Shown here: positions 1 through 6,390 of the stretch, one piece after another
Numbering within the stretch: position 1 is the stretch's first letter
Layout of the letters: each line of letters opens with the position of its first letter
Assembly: GCF_006345805.1 (NCBI RefSeq)
Contig: NW_021827460.1
Span: 1 to 10,125 of the forward strand
Reading direction: 5' to 3'
From: Octopus sinensis
Lineage: Eukaryota
DNA: 10,125 nt
Translations under genes and position numbers: made by a program
Notes under the pieces: generated by a model
Databases searched by the model: none
What the model saw: the letters and a program-made list of their open reading frames with translations, nothing else
Told to the model about the DNA's origin: nothing

Positions 1-93
1 GATGCTGTATCTGGAGAGGCTGCTGTAAGGTGGGAGGTTGTTTTTTTTTGTTACTTTGTATGTCGGCAGGAGGAAGTTTGATTCGTGTATAGA

Positions 94-177
94 TGTGTGT
101 GTGTGTGTTGTGTGTGTGTGTGTGTGCGTGCGTGTGTGTGTGTACGCGTGCGTATGTGAGAGTGGATGCAGATACAC

Positions 178-238
<61 letters not shown>
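94..238. repeat. (GT)n/(GC)-mixed dinucleotide array (94-156) followed by (TA)n (181-238)
   Basis: Directly visible dinucleotide runs; they explain ORFs 38..259 and 51..434. Confidence 0.95.
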
Positions 239-254
239 CATACATGCATATATA

Positions 255-345
255 GGTAGATAGATAGATACATACATACATACATACACGCAAAGATACA
301 CAGTAAGATAGATAGATAGAGAGAGAGAGACAGACAGACAGACAT

Positions 346-416
<71 letters not shown>
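255..416. repeat. Compound (AGAT)n/(ACAT)n/(AGAC)n tetranucleotide array
   Basis: Runs of agat, acat and agac. Confidence 0.95.
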
Positions 417-440
417 TGTTTCTTTATTAGCCACACAGGG
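408..440. repeat. 33-bp dispersed module abutting (GATA)n, copy 1
   Basis: agatagatatgtttctttattagccacacaggg matches 9084-9116 at 31/33 positions. Confidence 0.8.
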
Positions 441-470
441 CTAGACAGATAGAGAGAGAGACTTGGAAAA

Positions 471-584
471 GGATGCGTAGCGTTCGATCATATAAAGATA
501 TAAATAATGTATAAATATATGCATATATACATACATATATGTACATACCTACATAATATATATATATATACATGCATATATGGG
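471..584. mobile_element. Truncated copy of the dispersed element at 5888-6000
   Basis: Shares ggatgcgt(a)gcgttc(g/c)atcatataa, atatgcatatatac, tacctac and tatatacatgcatatatggg with 5888-6000, in the same order and with nearly the same spacing (114 vs 113 nt). Confidence 0.7.
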
Positions 585-860
585 CGCGTGGCTTAGTGGT
601 TCGGGCTTTCAGCTCATGATGGTAAGATTGTGAGTTCAATTCCCGGCAGCATGTTGTGTTCTTGAGCAAGACACTTTATTTCATGTTGCTCCACTCCACT
701 TAGCTGGTAAAAAATGAGTTGTGCCTGTATTTCACAGGGCTGGCCTTGTCACACTCTGTGTCACACTGAATCTCCTTGCGAACCACGTTAAGGGTACCCA
801 TGTCTGCGGAATTCTCAGCCACTTGCACCTTAATTTCACGAGCAAGCTACACCGTTGATC
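582..860 (+). mobile_element. tRNA-derived SINE (type A), probably 3'-truncated
   Basis: Pol III A box TGGCTTAGTGG (589-599) and B box GTTCAATTC (634-642), followed by gtgttcttgagcaagacacttta, which resembles the conserved central motif of CORE/V/Meta-type SINEs. No simple-repeat tail is seen. The 3' boundary is set by where the inverted-repeat arm begins. Confidence 0.75.
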
Positions 861-1640
861 ACATGTTAAGAACATAAAAATGTTTAACAAGTTCATTGAA
901 ATATTGGGCACAAAAGATTACAACAAATATATTAGGCGTAGGAGTGGCTGTGTGGTAAGTAGCTTGCTTATGAACCACATGGTTCCGGGTTCAGTCCCAC
1001 TGCGTGGCACTTGGGCAAGTTCTTCTACTATAGCCCCGGGACGACCAAAGCCTTGTGAGTAGATTTGGTAGACGGAAACTGAAAGTAGCCCGTCGATATA
1101 TGTATTATATATATATAAGTATGTTGTGTGTGTTTATGATATATGCTTGTGTGTGTGTTTTGGTCCCCCCAACATCGCTTGACAATCGATGGTGGTGTGT
1201 TTACGTCCCCGTCACTTAGCGGTTCGGCAAAAGAGACCGATAGAATAAGTACTAGGCTTACAAAGAATAAGTCCTGGGCTCGATTTACTCGACTAAAAAG
1301 TGTTGCTCCAGCATGGCCATAGTCAAATGACTGAAACAAGTAAAAGAGTCAAAGAGTAAAAGAGTATACGTTCTCAAGATAATTTAAACTTTCTTATGTT
1401 CTTAACATGCTCTTGTCACTAAACAATGTATATATATATATGTATAGTAGTACTCTTTGTCAACCAATATTCTGTGCGTGTTTGAATATACAGATACAAT
1501 ACCAATATCCCACTGAACTTTTTAATAATTCCTTCTGAAAACTACCTTTAACATGTTCTTGAGAATGTATATTTATGTTGTAATCTTTTGTGTCCAATAT
1601 TTTAAGGAACTTGTTTAACTTTTTTATGTCCTTAACATGT
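861..1640. mobile_element. Degenerate inverted-repeat (MITE/fold-back-like) element interrupted by a SINE
   Basis: The reverse complement of 861-930 matches 1571-1640 at 62/70 positions. The left arm resumes after the SINE: 1365-1379 matches 1557-1571 in reverse complement at 14/15. Confidence 0.65.
935..1366 (+). mobile_element. Full-length tRNA-derived SINE (type B; CORE-like, reminiscent of Octopus OR1/OR2 SINEs)
   Basis: A box TGGCTGTGTGG (945-955), B box GGTTCAGTCCC (988-998), CORE-like ggcac(c)ttgggcaagt, internal (TA/TG) microsatellite ~1096-1160 and (aagagta)n tail 1343-1366. About 90% identical by eye to 4323-4735 in reverse complement. The family name is recognition from memory, not a search. 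Confidence 0.9.
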
Positions 1641-1800
1641 CCCTGTTACCGAAGACTGTATATATGTAATGTAGCAATTTGCAACAACCAGTAATTAACG
1701 CAACCAAACTTCTACATGTTACTGTTGACAATCTTTTTCCAAAGAGTGAAACCGGTAAAGAATAAATATCTTTTCAAATTGCATTTTCAAACCTTCTTTC

Positions 1801-1827
1801 GTATATGTATATATGTATATATATATC

Positions 1828-1870
<43 letters not shown>

Positions 1871-1942
1871 GAATGGCCGAAAATCCTCATTATGGTGGTG
1901 CTCCAACATGACCACAGCCACCTGGCATGAACTCATAAAACA

Positions 1943-1994
<52 letters not shown>

Positions 1995-2119
1995 CATATA
2001 TATATACATTATATATATATATATAATATATATATAATGTATGTATGTATATGTATCTATATATATTATATAATGTATGTATATATATATATTAATGTAT
2101 GTATATATATATATATACA
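1801..2119. repeat. (TA)n-rich arrays (1801-1869 and 1943-2119) flanking a 73-bp non-repetitive island
   Basis: Visible dinucleotide runs. Confidence 0.95.
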
Positions 2120-2316
2120 TACTCTTTTACTTGTTTCAGTCATTTGACTGTGGTCATGCTTGAGCACCGCCTTTAGTCGAACAAATCGACCCCAGGACTT
2201 ATTCTTTGTAAGCCTAGTACTTATTCTATCGGTCTCTTTTGCCGAACCGCTAAGTTACAAGGAACGTAAACACACCAGCATCGGTTGTCAAGTGATGTTG
2301 GTGGGGGGGGACAAAC
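2120..2316 (-). mobile_element. 3' half of a type B SINE (5'-truncated at the internal microsatellite)
   Basis: Reverse complement of 1161-1350 with high identity, starting with the tactcttttacttgtttcagtcatttgactg tail. The tRNA head is absent. Confidence 0.9.
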
Positions 2317-2835
2317 TTCTTCTACTTCAATTTCTTCTTGTATTTCTTCTCTTTCTCCTGTTTCCTCATTCTTCTTCTTCTTCTTCTTCTTCTCCTTCTT
2401 CTTCTTCTTCTTCTTCTTCTTCTTCTTCTTCATTCTTCTTTATTTGTCTTCCTTTTCTTCATTTTTTTCTTTTTCTTCTTCATTCTTCTTCATGCTTCTT
2501 CTCTTCTTCTCGTCCTCCCCTTTTTCCTCTTCAACTTCTTTTTCCACCACATCCTCCTCTTCTTATTTTCGTCTTATCTTCTTTCTTCATTCACTTCGTC
2601 TCCTCCTCCTCCTCCTAAACCTTGTCTACTTCTTTTCCTCCGCCTCCTTCTTCAACTTCACCTTCTTCTCCTCCCTCCTCCTCCGCCTCCTTCGTCATCT
2701 ATCTCTTCCTCTACTTCCTCTTCCCTTTTCTTTCTCTACTTCCTCCTCTTCTCTTCCTTCTGTGTTCCTTCTTTTCCTTCCCCTTCCTCTTCACATTCTC
2801 CCCTCCACTTCCTCTTCTCTCTCCTCCTCTTCTTC
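2317..2835. repeat. ~520-bp polypyrimidine tract, (CTT)n grading into (CCT)n
   Basis: Almost no G and few A on the + strand; explains the poly-K/F/L/S ORFs. Confidence 0.95.
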
Positions 2836-2919
2836 AACCAATCACATCACATTATATATTTACATCATCAAACATTTGCTTTTACGTCTAATCAGACTGG
2901 ATTATAATCAGTGGAGGCC

Positions 2920-3275
2920 CCGGGTGGCGTCGATGGTGCCTCCACCGCCGAGGGTGGTCATGGCCGTGGTGGGGGTGCATGTAGCGGTTCGAAGTATGTT
3001 ATGGTGTTCGACGTGGTCGTCGGAGTAACGGCAGTGGTAGCGGTCGTGGTGGTGGTATTGGTGGTAGTGATGGTGGTGATGGTGGTGATGGTGGTGGTGG
3101 TATTGGTGGTGGTGGTGATGGTGGTGATGATGGTGATGGTGGTGGTGGTATTGGTGGTGGTGATGATAGTGATGATGGTGATGATGGTGATGATGGTGGC
3201 GGTGATAGTTGTGGTATTGGTGGTGGTGGTGATGAGGGCGGTGGTGGTGGTGGTGGTGGTGGTGGTAGAGGTGGT
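2920..3275. repeat. Imperfect (GGT/GAT)n trinucleotide array with higher-order GGTATTG anchors
   Basis: ggtattg at 3054, 3099, 3147 and 3213 (spacings 45, 48, 66). Confidence 0.9.
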
Positions 3276-3288
3276 CGGGTTTCGAAGC

Positions 3289-3366
3289 CATCATCGTCAT
3301 CATCATCATCTCCCTCATCATTATCATCATCATCACGTCGCCGTCGTCACCATCACCATCATCATC

Positions 3367-3443
<77 letters not shown>

Positions 3444-3597
3444 CATCATCTTCAGCATCATCATCATCATCATCATAATAATCATCATCATAATAATCAT
3501 CATCATCATCACCATCATCATCACCATCATAATCATCATCATCATCGTCATCACCATCATCATCACCATCATCACCATCATCACCATCATCATCATC

Positions 3598-3629
<32 letters not shown>

Positions 3630-3691
3630 CATCGTCATCATCATCGTTGGCGTCGTCATCGTCGTCATCATCATCATCAACATCGTCGTCG

Positions 3692-3745
<54 letters not shown>

Positions 3746-3760
3746 ACACCATCATTATTG
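3289..3760. repeat. (CAT)n array with CAC/CGT variants
   Basis: About 470 bp of catcatcat; source of the poly-Asp/Met/Ile ORFs. Confidence 0.95.
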
Positions 3761-3944
3761 TCGCCGTAGTCATCGTTGCTTCTATTGGTGTTGTTGATAG
3801 CGCCTATGGTGGTGGTGGCGGCGGTAGTTTTATTCTTCCTCTTCTTGTTGTTGCTGTTGCTATCAATAACGTAGTTCGACCGTTCGATAATTCGATTAGC
3901 TCGACATGCAATCGGTCCGCCACCAACCCTGACCACCCCCCGGC

Positions 3945-4085
3945 ACCTACAACCACCACCACCATCACCACCAAAACTCCCACCAATATCATCGTCACCA
4001 CCAACAACAAAAACAATGCCCTCACCACTACCACCTCTACTACCATAATGCTAAACACCTACTCCACCACCATCAACACCGCGGG
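3945..4085. repeat. Imperfect (ACC/AAC)n array
   Basis: accaccacc runs, complementary in composition to 2920-3275. Confidence 0.85.
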
Positions 4086-4322
4086 CCCCCCTGTCATCCG
4101 CCGCCGCCATCAAGGCGAATACGCGCACCGACCCCTCGCCAACCGAAACTTCTTGGTCACGCCTTATTTTTTTTCCGGCTGACCCGTTACATATCCGTTT
4201 GCTTTTCCATCAAACTTTCCACGTGTGTGCAGATATATCGAAATATATACACACATGCGCACACACGCTCACATTCTCTCTCATACACACGCGTGCACTG
4301 ATATATACATCTATATATATAT

Positions 4323-4735
4323 TACTCTTACTCTTTACTCTTTTACTTGTTTCAGTCATTTGACTGCGGCCATGCTGGAGCACCCCGCCTTTAATCGAGA
4401 AAATCGACCCGGGACTTATTCTTTTGTAAGCCAGTACTTATTCTATCGGTCTCTTTTGCCGAACCGCTAAGTGACGGGGACATAAACACACACAGCATCG
4501 GTTGTCAAGCATGCTTGGGGGACAAACACAGAGACACAAACACATACACGCATATATATATACACATATATACGACGGGCTTCTTTCAGTTTTCCGTCTA
4601 CCAAATCCACTCACAAGGCTTGGTCGGCCCGAGGCTATAGTAGAAGACACTTGCCCAAGGTGCCACGCAGTGGGACTGAACCCGGAACCATGTGGTTGGT
4701 AAACCAGCTACTTACCACACAGCCACTCCTACGCC
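4323..4735 (-). mobile_element. Full-length type B SINE, minus strand
   Basis: Reverse-complement head ggcgtaggagtggctgtgtggtaag ends at 4735; same body, internal microsatellite and (aagagta)n tail as 935-1366. Confidence 0.92.
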
Positions 4736-4744
4736 TATATATAT

Positions 4745-4775
<31 letters not shown>

Positions 4776-4947
4776 CAATATATATATATATATATATATA
4801 ATTTATATATAGAGGCATTATACATACATGCCAGAAGGCATTATACATACATACCAAACGCTAAGAGGGACAATTTGTCATTTCTACTCCAAAAATATTA
4901 CTAATCCCACCGAATGCAATTTCTCAAAGTAAGACATTTAAAAATAT

Positions 4948-4994
4948 AGACCTGTATCACAGTGATTCATACTTACGTACTCATCAGCAGGCCT
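4948..4994 (-). ncRNA. Type I hammerhead ribozyme, copy 1 (GAA instead of GAAA; defective or a sequencing error)
   Basis: Minus strand AGGCCTG-CTGATGA-GTAC-GTAA-GTAT-GAA-TCACTGTGATA-CAGGTCT; identical to copy 2 except one missing A in the GAAA run. Confidence 0.7.
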
Positions 4995-5423
4995 GAATGT
5001 ATTATAAATAAACAACGACCCTGCCCCGCTTAAGCCGATCAGCTAACTGCTCAACATCAACGAAGCACATGGTGAGTTTACATATATTACATCCGGATAA
5101 ATGCAAACTTTTACGAACTGCATTTCGGGAGAGGAAAAGTTTTTTCGGAATAAAATTTAGCAATTAAGGACAACTACTTAATAAGGAAAACTTAACAAGA
5201 ATTGTCAGGTAGATAGCGTAAAAACCTCATAAGAGAAAAAATTTTCGAAATAGAATTATTTCTTATTGAACATATTAATTTATATATAGAGGGCATTATA
5301 CATACATGCCAGAAGGCATTATACATACATGCCAACACGCTAAGAGGGACAATTAGTCATTTCTAACCAAAAATATTACTAATCCACCGAATGCAATTTC
5401 TCAAAGTAAGACATTTAAAAAAT

Positions 5424-5471
5424 AGACCTGTATCACAGTGATTTCATACTTACGTACTCATCAGCAGGCCT
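5424..5471 (-). ncRNA. Type I hammerhead ribozyme, copy 2 (complete core)
   Basis: Minus strand: stem I AGGCCTG/CAGGTCT (7 bp including one G-U), core CTGATGA (5464-5458), stem II GTAC/GTAT with a GTAA tetraloop, GAAA (5445-5442), stem III ATCAC-T-GTGAT (palindromic) and NUH triplet AUA. Predicted cut between 5431 and 5430. Confidence 0.88.
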
Positions 5472-5623
5472 GAATGTATTATAAATAAACAACGACCCTG
5501 CCCCGCTTAAGCCGATCAGTTAACTGCTCAACATCAACGAAGCACATGGGTGAGTTTACATATATTACATCCGGATAAATGGCAAACTATATATATATAT
5601 CTATATATTATATATATATATAT

Positions 5624-5806
5624 GTAGGTCCCCGGTTGATTCGGGGTTAACCACAGTAAATAAGGTACTCAATACTAGCAGAGTAAAATTAATTTATTAT
5701 ATAGAAGGAGCTTCTACAGGACTAGAACTGTTTCATTTATAGAAATCTTCAAGATTTCTCTTGAATGAAACAGTTCTAGTCCTGTAGAAGCTCCTTCTTA
5801 TAATAA
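5624..5806. mobile_element. Fold-back fragment (perfect 35-bp inverted repeat) with hammerhead 3'-half remnants; possibly an inverted Penelope-like terminus
   Basis: 5703-5737 is the exact reverse complement of 5764-5798. An inner 9-bp arm pair lies at 5741-5749/5751-5759 and an outer 8-bp pair at 5694-5701/5799-5806. Each arm contains GAAA-CAG-ttctagtc-CTG-TA. Flanked by (TA)n on both sides. Confidence 0.7.
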
Positions 5807-5862
5807 TATAAGATATATATATATATAATATATATATATATATATACATACATATATATATA

Positions 5863-6335
5863 TTAAGAACACAATCTACTTAGAAATGGATGCGTGCGTT
5901 CCATCATATAATAAATTAATAAATAAATAAAACATATGCATATATACACACATATATATACGTACCTACCCCTACATGTATATATACATGCATATATGGG
6001 TACAGGACACCAAAAGAACGCCGAACACAATGAGAAACGAAAACATAAACACAAAACCAAGGAACTGGACATTTTTCTTAAACAACGAAAAAATAGAGTA
6101 CAGGACATATCTCGTTCGGCTTAACAGCCCTTCTTGTTTGTATTACTGTTATTCTCCTTGTCCTGTCTTTTACTGTTTATATTTTGTACTGTCGTTACTG
6201 TCCTGTTTTTGTTACCCTTTTTACCCCTCCGCAAAAAAATCTCAAATTGTATTTAATTTGATTTTCGCGGGAAGGAATGTTTCATTAAAGTCATGTATCG
6301 CCTTGACCTTCGAAACGTGGAGTAGATTTATTAAT
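5863..6335. mobile_element. Unclassified dispersed repeat fragment between (TA)n runs
   Basis: 5888-6000 is homologous to 471-584. An A-rich half has gtacaggaca twice (6000, 6098) and a T-rich half has the complement tgtcctgt twice (6159, 6199). Boundaries are approximate. Confidence 0.5.
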
Positions 6336-6390
6336 TTATATATATATATATAAGCAGTCATATACATTCAGAAACACATGTATATATCTT

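Larger units (their letters stand above)
4800..5588 (-). mobile_element. ~477-bp tandem repeat (1.65 units) carrying hammerhead ribozymes: candidate non-LTR retrozyme or Penelope-type pseudo-LTR remnant
   Basis: 4800-5109 is repeated at 5277-5588 (offset 476-479), with 5110-5276 unique. Both copies contain a type I hammerhead on the minus strand, both flanks are (TA)n, and there is no meaningful ORF. Confidence 0.75.

Noticed and set aside
582-660. tRNA genes at the SINE heads (also 935-1010, 4660-4735, 7097-7170)
   Set aside because: A and B boxes are present, but I could not build complete cloverleafs, and each head continues into a SINE body.
2160-3028. Overlapping poly-Ser/Leu/Phe/Lys ORFs
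   Set aside because: Translations of the (CTT/CCT)n tract and a SINE.
2985-3290. Gly/Asp-rich reading (GIGGSDGGDGG...) in the unlisted frame
   Set aside because: No start codon after the stop at 2982 and no convincing splice sites; expected from GGT/GAT slippage.
2908-3936. 342-aa poly-Asp/poly-His ORF resembling a metal-binding or biomineralisation protein
   Set aside because: It is a direct translation of (GAT)n and (CAC/CAT)n arrays. The register slips from Asp to Met mid-ORF, the opposite strand is equally open (2911..4182), and there is no signal peptide or non-repetitive domain.
4988-5071. Plus-strand exon ending at cacatg|gtgagt in the tandem unit
   Set aside because: All three frames contain stops after the candidate acceptor.
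4800-5588. LTR retrotransposon or TRIM interpretation of the repeat-unique-repeat layout
   Set aside because: No TG...CA termini, primer-binding site or clear polypurine tract, and the ends merge into (TA)n; a partial tandem fits better.
6280-6330. Possible hammerhead around ttcgaaacgt
   Set aside because: No CTGANGA core at a suitable distance on either strand and no NUH triplet after the ACGT palindrome.
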